Positions 28,956 through 38,611 are shown, numbered from the stretch's first letter. The stretch: DNA of 64,000 nucleotides from an uncultured Enemella sp. (GCA_964515145.1 CAZEVN010000002.1:18139-82138); one strand, 5' to 3'. Notes: a model not told the origin generated them from the sequence alone. A program made the numbers and translations.

Positions 28956-29279
28956 TCAGGCGCTGGTCGAGGCGGCGGGGGCCGGCGTACTCGCCGAGGA
29001 CCCCGAGGCCGACGAACCGGACGAACCGCCGGACTCCGACGAAGAAGGAGTCGACGACGAAGACGAGGCGGGCTTGGAGCTGCCCTTGTCGGTGTTGCCC
29101 GCGCGCGAATCGGTGCGATAGAAGCCGGACCCCTTGAAGACCACGCCGACTGCGTTGTAGATCTTGCGGAGCTCGCCGCCGGTGCAGGCCGGGCACTCGG
29201 TCAGGGCATCGTCGGTGAACTTCTGGACGACTTCGAGCTCGTTGTTGCAGTCCTTGCAGCGGTATTGATAGGTGGGCAT
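28956..29279 (-). CDS. FmdB-family zinc-ribbon protein with Ser-rich tail
   Basis: MPTYQYRCKDCNNELEV...CPACTGGELRK zinc ribbon. Confidence 0.9.
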   Translation of the reverse strand: MPTYQYRCKDCNNELEVVQKFTDDALTECPACTGGELRKIYNAVGVVFKGSGFYRTDSRAGNTDKGSSKPASSSSSTPSSSESGGSSGSSASGSSASTPAPAASTSA

Positions 29280-29314
29280 CAGTTCTCCGGGGATCGATCA
29301 GGACGAGCGCGTTT

Positions 29315-29348
29315 GCTATTGGCACTCAAGCATAGCGACTGCCAAAGC
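29315..29348. promoter_or_regulatory. Imperfect palindrome GCTATTGGCA-N15-TGCCAAAGC in a divergent intergenic region
   Basis: The TTGGCA/TGCCAA arms at 29319-29324 and 29340-29345 lie between the FmdB-like gene (start 29279) and the acylase gene (start 29373). Confidence 0.3.
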
Positions 29349-29372
29349 CCTATCCTTGTGCTCGTTCCGGCC

Positions 29373-31925
29373 ATGGGAGGAGACCAGGTGACGCCGACCC
29401 AACGCTGGGCCCTCGTCGTCCTGCTCACACTCGCGCTTGTGCTGGCCGGACTTGCCAGTCTTTCCGTGGTGACGGTGCGAGCGTCGTTCCCCCAGGCGAC
29501 CGGCGTGATCCAGGTGGATCCGCTGGAGGGCTCGGTCGAGGTGCTGCGCGATGCGCGGGGCATTCCCCAGATCTATGCCGATTCACCCGACGACCTGTTC
29601 GCCGCCCAGGGGTTCGTGCATGCGCAGGACCGATTCTGGGAAATGGATGTGCGCCGCCACATCACCTCCGGGCGGTTGTCGGAGTTGTTCGGGCCCTCGC
29701 AGGTCGAGACCGATGTCTATCTCCGCACCCTCGGCTGGCGACGCGTGGCCGAGCAGGAGATCGAACTCCTCAGCGCGCGCAATCGGCGCTATCTGGAGTC
29801 GTACGCCGACGGTGTCAACGCCTATCTCCGATCCCGCTCCGCCAACGACCTCTCACTGGAGTACGCCGTGCTGGGGCTGCAGGGCCTGTCCTATGTGCCC
29901 CGGTCGTGGACCGCGGCCGATTCGCTGGCCTGGTTGAAAGCCCTGGCGTGGGACACCGGGGCGAACTTCACGAGCGAGATCGAACTCGCAGCCCTCACCG
30001 CCACGATCGGCGAGCAGCGCGCCCGCTCGATCGCTCCGCCCTATGACCCGCAGGTGTTCACCCCCATCGTCAACCAGGGGGCCGTCAACGCCGGGAGCTT
30101 CGATCCGGGCGTACAGGCGGGTGCCGCACGCGTCGCGCCCGGGGTCACCGACGACCAGGCCCAGGCGGCGCTGCGCTCCACCATGATCGGCACGCGCAGC
30201 GTCGCCGACTGGCTCGGGACCGACGGCTCCGGCGGGTCCAATTCATGGGTGGTGTCGGGCGAACGCACCGCCAGCGGCAAACCGATCCTGGCGAACGACC
30301 CACACCTCGGCACCTCGATCCCCGGCGTTTTCACCCAGGTGGGCCTGCACTGCCGGACGGTGACCGATGAATGTCCGTTCGATGTGAGCGGCTTCAGTCT
30401 CTCGGGGATGCCGGGCGTCATCATCGGACACAATGCCCACATCGCCTGGGGTCTGACCACCCCCTATGTGGATACGCAGGACCTGGTGCTCGAAGAGATC
30501 CGGGGCAACCGCGTCCGGCGGGGAGAGGGCGAATGGGCCGAGGTGACGGAGCGGACCGAGGAGATCCGCATCGCGGGCGAGACGCCGCGCCTGGTCCGTG
30601 TTCGAGAGACGTCCAACGGCCCGCTCCTGTCCGATGTTCACACCTTCACCCGTGAGCACGTCGGCCACCCGCCCGATCCCCAGGACGCCGAAGCGAGTGA
30701 GATCGCCGTGGCTCTCAAATGGTCGGCGCTGCTGCCGTCGCGGTCGGTCGAGGCCATCTTCGAGTTGAACCGCGCGACCGATTTCACCGAGTTCCGCGAG
30801 GCCGCGAGGCTGCTGTCCGCACCCTCGCAGAACCTTGTCTATGCGGACACAGCAGGCAACATCGGCTATCAGCTGCCCGGCGATATCCCCGTGCGACGAC
30901 AGGGCGACGGGACGATGCCGGTGCCGGGCTGGGATCCCGCGTACGGCTGGGACCGCATGATTCCCTTCGAGGAGTTGCCCTGGGCCTACAACCCGCCCGA
31001 GGGCTATGTCGTCGCGGCCAATCAGCAGATCATCGCCGACTATCCCCACGTGCTCGGCACGAACCATTCGATGGGCTGGCGGAGCCAGCAGATCATCGAC
31101 CGCCTCAACACCGAATCAGCGCCGCTCACGCCCGAGAGCACCCAGGCGATTTTCGGCGACACACAGGTGAGGTACGCTGAGCTGATCGTTCCCGCCCTCC
31201 TGGCGATCGAGTCGGAGGAGGACTGGGTGCGGGAGGGTCAGCAGGTCCTGGCCGAGTGGGATCGGACATCCCCGCCCGACTCGGCAGGAGCCTTCTTCTT
31301 CCATGTGACGGTGCGCCAGATCGTGCAGCTCACGTTCGATGACGAGATTCCGGAGGAGTTGCGAACCGGGAGCGGTGACCGTTGGTACGCCGTCGTGGCG
31401 GATCTCCTGCGCGAACCCAACAACGAATGGTGGGACGACAAGCACACCACCATCGTCGAGGATCGCGACACCATCCTGGCGCGGGCGCTGTCGCACGCCC
31501 GCCGCGATGCCACCCAGTTGCGCAGCCGCGATCCCCAGGGCTGGACCTGGGGTCACACCCACCGCCTGCGGTTGCGCCACGAAACCCTGGGGAGTTCGGG
31601 CATCGGGATGGTGGAATCGATGTTCAACCGGGGCGATGAGCCGATCGGCGGAGGCCCTGCCGTGGTCCTGGCCTGGTCGTTCGACGATCGCCAGTGGGGC
31701 TATGACGTGGTGGTCGGGCCGGTCATGAAGATGGTCGTCGACCTCGACGACCTGGACAATTCGCGTTGGGTCAACCTGTCCGGGCAATCCGGTCACGCCT
31801 TCCACCCGAACTATGCGGATCAGCTGCCCCTGATGGCCAGCAACACGCTCCCGCACTGGGCTTTCACGCGCCAGCGCGTCGAGGCCGCCACAGCGGAGCG
31901 GCTGGAGCTGTTGCCGGGTCTGTGA
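29373..31925 (+). CDS. Penicillin/AHL acylase-family Ntn hydrolase, secreted or membrane-anchored
   Basis: N-terminal helix ALVVLLTLALVLAGLASL. AQGFVHAQDRFWEMD motif. Candidate nucleophile GGSNSWVVSG. About 850 aa. Confidence 0.9.
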   Translation: MGGDQVTPTQRWALVVLLTLALVLAGLASLSVVTVRASFPQATGVIQVDPLEGSVEVLRDARGIPQIYADSPDDLFAAQGFVHAQDRFWEMDVRRHITSGRLSELFGPSQVETDVYLRTLGWRRVAEQEIELLSARNRRYLESYADGVNAYLRSRSANDLSLEYAVLGLQGLSYVPRSWTAADSLAWLKALAWDTGANFTSEIELAALTATIGEQRARSIAPPYDPQVFTPIVNQGAVNAGSFDPGVQAGAARVAPGVTDDQAQAALRSTMIGTRSVADWLGTDGSGGSNSWVVSGERTASGKPILANDPHLGTSIPGVFTQVGLHCRTVTDECPFDVSGFSLSGMPGVIIGHNAHIAWGLTTPYVDTQDLVLEEIRGNRVRRGEGEWAEVTERTEEIRIAGETPRLVRVRETSNGPLLSDVHTFTREHVGHPPDPQDAEASEIAVALKWSALLPSRSVEAIFELNRATDFTEFREAARLLSAPSQNLVYADTAGNIGYQLPGDIPVRRQGDGTMPVPGWDPAYGWDRMIPFEELPWAYNPPEGYVVAANQQIIADYPHVLGTNHSMGWRSQQIIDRLNTESAPLTPESTQAIFGDTQVRYAELIVPALLAIESEEDWVREGQQVLAEWDRTSPPDSAGAFFFHVTVRQIVQLTFDDEIPEELRTGSGDRWYAVVADLLREPNNEWWDDKHTTIVEDRDTILARALSHARRDATQLRSRDPQGWTWGHTHRLRLRHETLGSSGIGMVESMFNRGDEPIGGGPAVVLAWSFDDRQWGYDVVVGPVMKMVVDLDDLDNSRWVNLSGQSGHAFHPNYADQLPLMASNTLPHWAFTRQRVEAATAERLELLPGL

Positions 31926-31931
31926 GCGCGG

Positions 31932-32576
31932 TCAGGCCTGATCGGACGCGCCGGTGGTGTCGAGCGACTGGCTCGGCGTGATGATCACATCGACGCGGCG
32001 ATCCCACGGCTCGGTCGGCAGGTCGGGCATGAGCTCGTCATCGTTGAGCAGCATGACCAGCACAGCGTCGGGGTCGGCGTGCTCGAGGGCGCGGTCGAAC
32101 CAACCGCCACCCATGCCCAGGCGCTTGCCGTCGGTGGTCCCGGCGAGGCCGGAACAGATCACGACTCCCGCCCGCTCCAGCGCTTCGGCACCCAGCGATT
32201 CGCCAGTCGGTTCCGGGATGCCCCAGAGCCCGATGCGCAGCGAATCCGGACCCGCATAGGGGGCCCAATCGGGCTCGCGCCGGGGCGTACCATCCGCGCG
32301 TTTGCCCAACACCGGCAGCAACACGGTGACCTGGCTGGCATGGAGCCAGGAAATGAGCTCCAGCGTCCCCGGCTCGGGGTCGATCGACACATAACAGGCC
32401 ACGACGGAGTCGGCCGGCAGGTCGCCCAGGAACCCCGCGACCCGCTCGAAGCGGTCGTGGTCGCGTGTGGCGGTGCTCTCGGATGGTCGGGCAGTGCGCC
32501 TCGTCCTCACCGCATTGCGCAGGGTCTTCTTGGCCTCACGCAGGGCGGCGTGGTCGGCCTCGCTCAGCCAGGTCAT
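31932..32576 (-). CDS. 5-formyltetrahydrofolate cyclo-ligase
   Basis: 214 aa from MTWLSEADHAALREAKKTLR. C-terminal GMGGGWFDR motif. The rest of ORF 31932..33140 looks non-coding. Confidence 0.85.
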   Translation of the reverse strand: MTWLSEADHAALREAKKTLRNAVRTRRTARPSESTATRDHDRFERVAGFLGDLPADSVVACYVSIDPEPGTLELISWLHASQVTVLLPVLGKRADGTPRREPDWAPYAGPDSLRIGLWGIPEPTGESLGAEALERAGVVICSGLAGTTDGKRLGMGGGWFDRALEHADPDAVLVMLLNDDELMPDLPTEPWDRRVDVIITPSQSLDTTGASDQA

Positions 32577-32594
32577 TCGCCTATGGTAGGCGCC

Positions 32595-33914
32595 ATGGGT
32601 TTGTTCGGCCGGAAGAAAAAAGTCGTGCCGGAGCCGGTCGTCGAGGAACCGACTCCGACGCTGCCTGCGTTGCCTGAAGTGGATGCCAACGGGTGGCGGT
32701 CGTGGGAGGACCATCGCGACTGGATCCTCGACCAGGTCGAACCGCTCCCGCCGTTCGGCATGCAGGTGCTCGACGCTCTCGGTCTGTGCCTCTGTGAAGA
32801 CATCAGCTCCGATGTCTCGCTGCCCGGCTTCGACAATGCGGCGATGGATGGCTATGCGGTGCAGGCGGCCGACACCTGGAATGCCTCCGAGAAAGCTCCC
32901 GCGACCCTCGCGGTCGTGGGCGAGATCGCCGCCGGGGGCGTGGCCGACCAGCCGCTGGCCCCGGGCACGGCGATGAAGATCATGACCGGTGCACCAGTGC
33001 CGGAAGGTGCCGACACGGTGGTGCAATATGAGCTCACCGACCGTGGCACGGAGGATGTCCGCATCTTCGCCCAGATCGACCAGGACAAGAACATCCGCCG
33101 CAAGGGGTCCGACATCGAGGAGGGCGACGAGCTGCTGCACGACGGCGATGTCATCGATGCCCGCACGGTCGGGCTGCTCGCCGGCATCGGCATCGACAAG
33201 GTGCTCGTGCGGCCGCGGCCGCGGGTCGTGGTCATCTCGACGGGCTCGGAGCTCATCGAGCCGGGACTGCCGCTGACCGATCTCGGGCAGCTCTATGACT
33301 CCAACTCGTTCATGCTCGCGGCGCAGGCCCGGGCCGCCGGCGCGCAGGTCTTCCGGGTCGGCGCCGTCGGCGACGACGAGGAAACGATGAAGCAGACCAT
33401 TTCCGATCAGCTCGTGCGCGCCGATCTGATCATCACCTCCGGCGGCATCTCCCAGGGCGACTGGGATGTCGTCAAGGCGGTCGCGCCCGAGCTCGGCCTG
33501 GTCGATTTCGCCGCCGTGGCGATGCAGCCCGGCAAGCCCCAGGGCTTCGGCCTGATCGGCGAGGACAAGGTCCCGATGATCATGCTGCCCGGCAACCCGG
33601 TGAGCTCATTCGTGTCCTTCGAGGCGTTCGTCCGGCCCGTCATCCGCAAGCTGATGGGCGTCCAGCCCGAGCTCCGCGAGACCGTCACCGCCGTGACCCA
33701 GACGATCATCCGGTCGAAGCCGGGGCGGGCCCAGTTCGTCCGCGCCCGTATCAAGACCGATCCCGGTGGCCGCCGCGTCGTCGAGTGGATCGGCAACCAC
33801 TCGTCGCACCTGCTCGGTGGCCTCCAGCAGGCCAACGCCCTGCTCCTGATCGATGCCGAGACCGAGATCATCGCCGCCGGCGATCAGGTCAAGGCCTGGC
33901 TGATTGATGAGTGA
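32595..33914 (+). CDS. moeA: MoeA-family protein (molybdopterin molybdenumtransferase or gephyrin-like Glp)
   Basis: [14 protein letters not shown] and the full four-domain length. About 30 extra Pro/Glu-rich N-terminal residues. Confidence 0.9.
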   Translation: MGLFGRKKKVVPEPVVEEPTPTLPALPEVDANGWRSWEDHRDWILDQVEPLPPFGMQVLDALGLCLCEDISSDVSLPGFDNAAMDGYAVQAADTWNASEKAPATLAVVGEIAAGGVADQPLAPGTAMKIMTGAPVPEGADTVVQYELTDRGTEDVRIFAQIDQDKNIRRKGSDIEEGDELLHDGDVIDARTVGLLAGIGIDKVLVRPRPRVVVISTGSELIEPGLPLTDLGQLYDSNSFMLAAQARAAGAQVFRVGAVGDDEETMKQTISDQLVRADLIITSGGISQGDWDVVKAVAPELGLVDFAAVAMQPGKPQGFGLIGEDKVPMIMLPGNPVSSFVSFEAFVRPVIRKLMGVQPELRETVTAVTQTIIRSKPGRAQFVRARIKTDPGGRRVVEWIGNHSSHLLGGLQQANALLLIDAETEIIAAGDQVKAWLIDE

Positions 33915-34395
33915 CGCGGGTCAGGGCAGCGGGCTGACCCATCTCGATGCGGCCGGCCATGCCCACATGGTCGATGTCTCGGCCAAGCAGGTCACCGCGC
34001 GCACGGCGACCGCAGCCGGCACCGTGAGGTTGTCGGAGTCGTGTGTGGCACTGCTGCGGTCGGGGGGCGTGCCCAAGGGCGACGCCCTCGCCGTCGCCCG
34101 CATCGCCGGCATCCAGGGGGCCAAGAAGACGCCGGATCTGGTGCCGTTGTGTCATCCGCTGATGGTGTCCGGGGTGGCTGTCGAGCTCGAGGTCGTCGAC
34201 CACGGGGTCGACATCACGGCGACTGTGAAGACGAACGAGCGCACCGGCGTTGAGATGGAGGCCCTGACCGCCGTGTCCGTCGCGGCGCTCACGGTGATCG
34301 ACATGGTCAAGGCCGTCGACAAGTTGGCGGTGATCGACAACATCCGCGTGCTGGCCAAGTCGGGTGGGCGCAGCGGAGACTGGCGTCGTGAGTGA
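33907..34395 (+). CDS. moaC: Cyclic pyranopterin monophosphate synthase
   Basis: [18 protein letters not shown]...LVPLCHPL...[21 protein letters not shown]. Confidence 0.95.
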   Translation: MSDAGQGSGLTHLDAAGHAHMVDVSAKQVTARTATAAGTVRLSESCVALLRSGGVPKGDALAVARIAGIQGAKKTPDLVPLCHPLMVSGVAVELEVVDHGVDITATVKTNERTGVEMEALTAVSVAALTVIDMVKAVDKLAVIDNIRVLAKSGGRSGDWRRE

Positions 34396-34882
34396 GATTG
34401 CTTCGGGTCAGCCCATCCGCGCCTGTGTGATCACCGCGTCGACGCGGGCGGCGGCGGGGGAGTACGCCGACCGGTCCGGGCCCCTGGTCGCCGAGGGGCT
34501 GCAGGCCCTGGGCATCGACGTCGGGCCCATCGTCGTCGTGCCCGACGGGGACCCGGTGGGGGAGGCCCTGCGAGGTGCCCTGGGGGCGTACGACATCGTC
34601 CTCACCACGGGCGGAACCGGCCTCTCGCCGACCGACGCCACCCCCGAACAGACCCGCCCGCTGCTCGACCGGGAGATCCCCCAGTTGGCGGCCGCGATCG
34701 CGGCGTACGGAGTGGCCAAGGGAGTCGCGACCGCAGTGTTGAGCCGAGGGCTCGCGGGCGTTGCCGGGCGTACGCTCGTGGTCAACCTCCCAGGCTCCCG
34801 CGGCGGGGTGAAGGACGCCCTGGCCGTGCTGGGACCCGTGCTCGTGCATGCCGTCGAACAGATCCGCGGCGGGGACCATTGA
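34388..34882 (+). CDS. MogA/MoaB-family molybdenum cofactor biosynthesis protein
   Basis: The start is GTG 34388, which overlaps the moaC stop. Conserved segments: [21 protein letters not shown]...[12 protein letters not shown]...[11 protein letters not shown]. Confidence 0.9.
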   Translation: MSEIASGQPIRACVITASTRAAAGEYADRSGPLVAEGLQALGIDVGPIVVVPDGDPVGEALRGALGAYDIVLTTGGTGLSPTDATPEQTRPLLDREIPQLAAAIAAYGVAKGVATAVLSRGLAGVAGRTLVVNLPGSRGGVKDALAVLGPVLVHAVEQIRGGDH

Positions 34883-34907
34883 CCACCCGGCTTCCCGGAG
34901 CGCAGCC

Positions 34908-35531
34908 GTGACCGACTGGCCCGTGCAGCTCGCGCACGGCGAGGCGGTCCTGAGGCCGATGCGGCGACGAGATCAGCGGGACTGGGACGAGGTGCGGTCC
35001 TACAACCGGGACTGGCTGCATCCCTGGGAAGCCACCATGCCGCCGGGGGGCGAGCAGGGGCCGCCGACATTTGCCGCACTGGTGAAGCTGCTGGATCGCC
35101 AGGCCAAGCAGGGCCTGGGGTTGCCGTGGGCGTTGTGCTGGAATCCCGACGGTGGTGACCCCGCCCGAGCCCGACTGGTCGGACAGGTGACGGTCACGGG
35201 GATCTCGCGGGGCTCGGCGCGGTTCGCGCAGATCGGATACTGGGTCGACCGGCGGCTCGCCGGGCGAGGGCTCGTGCCACTCGGTGTGGCGCTGGCGACC
35301 GATTTCTGTTTCACCAGCCTGCGGCTGCATCGCATGGAGGTCGCCATCCGGCCCGAGAACGGCAACAGCCTCCGTGTCGTGCAGAAGTTGGGATTCCGCT
35401 ATGAGGGACTGCGTCCGCGCTATCTGCACATCAACGGTGAATGGCGCGATCACGAGGTGTTCGCGCTGAATGCCGAGGAGGTGCCCGAGGGCATGCTGGC
35501 CCGTTGGCAGGCCTCCCGAACGCCCCGATAA
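34908..35531 (+). CDS. rimJ: GNAT N-acetyltransferase, RimJ-like
   Basis: LRPMRRRDQRDWDEVR...IGYWVDRRLAGRGL...RMEVAIRPENGNSLRVVQKLGFRYEG. Confidence 0.85.
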   Translation: MTDWPVQLAHGEAVLRPMRRRDQRDWDEVRSYNRDWLHPWEATMPPGGEQGPPTFAALVKLLDRQAKQGLGLPWALCWNPDGGDPARARLVGQVTVTGISRGSARFAQIGYWVDRRLAGRGLVPLGVALATDFCFTSLRLHRMEVAIRPENGNSLRVVQKLGFRYEGLRPRYLHINGEWRDHEVFALNAEEVPEGMLARWQASRTPR

Positions 35532-35580
35532 CGGCGGGATCACGACACTCCGAGGTGGGTCCCCGGTTAACAGCAGTCAC

Positions 35581-36360
35581 ATGCGTACCTTCAGGGGCGT
35601 GGGTACGACTGGACTTATCTTCGGCGCGATTGTGGCGGCCTGGCTGGCTTATCTGGTACCGATGATGGTCCGCCGTCATCAGGCGCACGAAGCCGAGGCG
35701 GACCCGGAAACCAGATTCTCTTCCGTCCGGATCGTGCAGCATGGTGCGGGCGACGCAGCGGCCCGCGAGACCGGTGAGCGAGTGCGGATTTCCACCCCGT
35801 TGACCCGGCGCGCCGCGGTCGAGGAGATCCGCCGCGCCGATCGTCGGGCTGCCGGTCGTCGGCGCAACGTGCTCGTCGTGCTGGGCCTGGCGCTGGTCAC
35901 GCTGATCGCGCTTGCCATCCCCGGAATCACGGCCTGGTGGGCGATCGCGATCCCCGCTGGCCTGATCGCCGTGTTCCTCGGGATCGCGCGGGTGAGCGTA
36001 CGCGCCATGCAGCGGACGTTCGACCGTCGCCTGGAAGAAATCCACACCGGGGAGAATGCCGCCGAGGACACCGTGGCCATCGGTGCCGAAGAGACTCTGG
36101 CCAGGCAGGACAGCAAGCCGCTGCCGACCGTGACCTCGGTCGAACTGGGTGCTCCGGTGGGCCGCCCGGGTACGCTCTGGGACCCGCTGCCGATCACCCG
36201 GCCGACCTATGTGTCGGCGCCGCCCGTTGCGCGGACCGTGCGTACCATCGATCTCTCCGCACCCCAGCCGATCATCGCCGACAACAAGCCGGTCGTCGCC
36301 GATGCGCCCGAGCACAGCATCGTTCCGGTCGCCGAGCTGCGGCCGGCCGTGGGGGACTGA
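35581..36360 (+). CDS. Conserved 3-TM membrane protein in the Rv0996 / GlpR / SepX position
   Basis: Helices GLIFGAIVAAWLAYLVPMM, VLVVLGLALVTLIALAI and WWAIAIPAGLIAVFLGIA. The assignment rests on synteny downstream of moeA-rimJ. Confidence 0.75.
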   Translation: MRTFRGVGTTGLIFGAIVAAWLAYLVPMMVRRHQAHEAEADPETRFSSVRIVQHGAGDAAARETGERVRISTPLTRRAAVEEIRRADRRAAGRRRNVLVVLGLALVTLIALAIPGITAWWAIAIPAGLIAVFLGIARVSVRAMQRTFDRRLEEIHTGENAAEDTVAIGAEETLARQDSKPLPTVTSVELGAPVGRPGTLWDPLPITRPTYVSAPPVARTVRTIDLSAPQPIIADNKPVVADAPEHSIVPVAELRPAVGD

Positions 36361-36452
36361 ATTCGCAGGCTGAGGAGCGAGGGACGAGCGTCTCGAAGCC
36401 ACATCGCGATGAGCGATGGAGCTGTGCTAGGCTAGCCGAGCTTCAAACGCAA

Positions 36453-36528
36453 GGGGCTATGGCGCAGTTGGTAGCGCGTCTCGTTCGCAATGAGAAGGTC
36501 AGGGGTTCGAATCCCCTTAGCTCCACCA
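36453..36528 (+). tRNA. tRNA-Ala (anticodon CGC)
   Basis: GGGGCTA/TAGCTCC acceptor with the G3:U70 pair, TTCGCAA anticodon loop, GGTTCGAATCC T loop, encoded CCA. Confidence 0.95.
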
Positions 36529-36535
36529 GATTCAG

Positions 36536-36558
36536 ACCCGGCTCCGGCCGGGTTTTTT
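36536..36558 (+). terminator. Rho-independent terminator after tRNA-Ala
   Basis: ACCCGGC-TCCG-GCCGGGT followed by TTTTT. Confidence 0.8.
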
Positions 36559-36586
36559 CGTGTCGTCCGATGATCTCCGGCCTGGT

Positions 36587-37201
36587 TCAGGTCAGGCTCG
36601 GCACCGGACCGGTGAGGCGTTCCGCGCCGGCCGGGCGACCGGTGAGGGCGAGGAGGAGATCGCCGAGGCGGCCGGCCACCTCGGGACCGTCACCCACCAC
36701 GAGATCGGCGTCGGTCGCGACCAGGCGTACGCCTGCGAATCGCCGGCTCGTCACCCACGGGACTTTCATGCCCCACAGATGATGGAAGGCCGCGATCCCG
36801 GTCTCCGCGGGGACCGGTCGATCGATCCCGAGGGCTACGGCGATGTCCTGCCCGTGGACCACGAGGTCGGTCCGGGCATTCGCTGGTCGGACGACCAGCG
36901 GGTGTTCCCTGGAGCCGATCGACCCGCGCAGCTCCTCCAGGATCGCCGGGATGGGCCGTTTCGCGAACTCCTGCGCCAACCAGCCACCGGTCTCCCACAG
37001 GCCGCGTGTGTGCCACAGACCGCGGATCACCGCGGGGATCGTCATGGCCCGCCGGTGCATCGCGACGTGGGCTGCGACGTCACGGACAGTCCACTCGGAG
37101 CAGAGTGACGGGGCGGCCCATTGATCCTCGTCGAGTTGTTCCAGCATCGCGACGAAGCTGCGGCGCTCGGTTGCGATCTGGTCCCATAGCTCAGCAGTCA
37201 T
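36587..37201 (-). CDS. DinB-like / maleylpyruvate isomerase N-terminal domain (mycothiol-dependent enzyme family) protein
   Basis: ATERRSFVAMLEQLDEDQWAAPSLCSEWTVRDVAAHV signature. GGAGG RBS. Confidence 0.8.
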   Translation of the reverse strand: MTAELWDQIATERRSFVAMLEQLDEDQWAAPSLCSEWTVRDVAAHVAMHRRAMTIPAVIRGLWHTRGLWETGGWLAQEFAKRPIPAILEELRGSIGSREHPLVVRPANARTDLVVHGQDIAVALGIDRPVPAETGIAAFHHLWGMKVPWVTSRRFAGVRLVATDADLVVGDGPEVAGRLGDLLLALTGRPAGAERLTGPVPSLT

Positions 37202-37214
37202 GTCGTCCTCCGGT

Positions 37215-37235
37215 TTGGTAAAAGACTTTGACTAA
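37215..37235. promoter_or_regulatory. AT-rich imperfect palindrome TTGGTAAAAGACTTTGACTAA, candidate MarR operator/promoters
   Basis: It lies in the 48-bp divergent spacer between 36587..37201 (-) and the MarR gene (+). TTGGTAAAA matches the reverse complement TTAGTCAAA at 7 of 9 positions. Confidence 0.3.
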
Positions 37236-37249
37236 ATTATCCTTCCGTC

Positions 37250-37699
37250 ATGGCCACAGAGCAAGAGCCGGTGGAACATCTGGGGCTGGCTGTTCTGATG
37301 TTCATCTCCTATCGGGCGATGGAGACGCAGATTCTCGACGCCGTGCGGGAGGCCGGCCATCCGATCACGGTCGCCCAGGCGCGCGTCGCCGCGCGGATCA
37401 ACGAAGACGGCTCGCGCCTGACCGAGCTGGCCGAGGCGGCCCAGATGACCAAACAGAACGCGGGCTTCGTGGTCGGCCAGTTGGTTGATCACGGCTATGT
37501 CGAGCGCGTGGCTGATCCGAGTGATGCGCGGGCGAAGCTGATCCGGATCACCGCGCTCGGGGATCGCGTACGCCGGCTTGCCCGAGAAGCCGAGTCGCGC
37601 GTCGAGGCCGAGTGGGCGGCGGTGCTGGGGGAGCGCGGCACCGCGCAGTTGCGTTCGGCCCTCGAGGATCTCCGAGCGGTGACCGATCCCTATCAGTGA
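37250..37699 (+). CDS. MarR-family transcriptional regulator
   Basis: 149 aa. ITVAQARVAARINEDGSRLTELAEAAQMTKQNAGFVVGQLVDHGYVERVADPSDARAK winged helix. Confidence 0.9.
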   Translation: MATEQEPVEHLGLAVLMFISYRAMETQILDAVREAGHPITVAQARVAARINEDGSRLTELAEAAQMTKQNAGFVVGQLVDHGYVERVADPSDARAKLIRITALGDRVRRLAREAESRVEAEWAAVLGERGTAQLRSALEDLRAVTDPYQ

Positions 37700-37777
37700 G
37701 GCCCGCTCGGGGTGGTCGACGATATGTCGACCTGCGTGGATACGGTTGTGGGCGAACTCGAACACGAAGGGGACATC

Positions 37778-38224
37778 ATGAAGATCAGTCATCTGCCCAT
37801 CCGCCTCGCCGCCGGTGCCTTCTTTCTGAATGCCGGCATCTCCAAACTCGGCATGCCCGAGGAGCAGGCCGCCGGCATGAGGCAGATGGCCGCCGGAGGC
37901 GTGCCGATGCTCGAGAAGGTCGACGACAAGACCTTCGCCAAGGCGCTCCCCGCCGCGGAGATCGGCATCGGCAGTGCGCTGCTCCTGCCGTTCGTGCCGT
38001 CGGCTCTGGCCGGCGCGGCGCTCACCGCCTTCAGTGCGGGCCTGGTGACGATGTATTTGAAGACCCCCGGCATGACCCAGGAGCACGGCATCCGCCCGAC
38101 CGAGCAGGGGACTGCGGTCGCCAAGGACATCGCGTTCCTCGGCATCGGTGCGACGCTCGTGCTCGACGGCCTCTTCGGTCGCCGCAAACCCCGCAAGGCG
38201 CGCAAGGCGTCCGCCGGCAACTGA
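37778..38224 (+). CDS. Hypothetical membrane protein (about 148 aa)
   Basis: The start is at MKISHLP, after GAAGGGGA. Helices AAGAFFLNAGISKL, IGIGSALLLPFVP and IAFLGIGATLVLDGLF. Basic tail. Confidence 0.7.
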   Translation: MKISHLPIRLAAGAFFLNAGISKLGMPEEQAAGMRQMAAGGVPMLEKVDDKTFAKALPAAEIGIGSALLLPFVPSALAGAALTAFSAGLVTMYLKTPGMTQEHGIRPTEQGTAVAKDIAFLGIGATLVLDGLFGRRKPRKARKASAGN

Positions 38225-38413
38225 TCGCCGCCCCGCCTGCCCTCACTCCGTAGGGGATCAATCTCAGGGAGTTCTTGGTCGAAAACCTCCCGGATCACGA
38301 TTTGGTCACGCATAGTGGTTGAAGGCGCTCGTGAGTGCGTTCCTCCAGATCTCCCCGCAGCGGCTTGCAACCGCTGAGCAGAGGGCGATGACCGGTGGTT
38401 GACATTTCTCCCG

Positions 38414-38479
38414 CCGGCCAACGCACCCGTGAGGGAAGGCGGCCTTGTCCCCCAGGCCGCCTTCCCTCCGGATGGCCGG
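38414..38479. other. Nested stem-loop, candidate structured RNA or terminator
   Basis: Perfect 14-bp stem GAGGGAAGGCGGCC (38431-38444) / GGCCGCCTTCCCTC (38455-38468). It is enclosed by CCGGCCA (38414-38420) / TGGCCGG (38473-38479). No U-tract on either strand. Confidence 0.4.
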
Positions 38480-38611
38480 AGCCCCGCGAAATCTCCCCGA
38501 AACCGCGTGAAATCAACGGTTAAGACCGAAAAAAACGGCGTGTCGGCTGTGCGCGCGGGTGTCCTCTCCTAATCTGACCCGTACGGGAAGCTCTTCAAGC
38601 AAAGGAAAACG

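Noticed and set aside
29319-29340. Sigma-54-like TGGCAC element
   Set aside because: No TTGC follows at the required spacing, and Actinomycetota generally lack sigma-54.
36453-38224. tRNA-Ala-linked genomic island
   Set aside because: There is no integrase, no direct repeat of the tRNA 3' end, and no compositional break. The downstream genes (DinB-like, MarR, membrane protein) look native.
38295-38516. 73-aa minus-strand ORF in the hup upstream region
   Set aside because: It has Arg/Gly/Pro-rich non-coding-like composition and is largely made of the two arms of the 14-bp hairpin.
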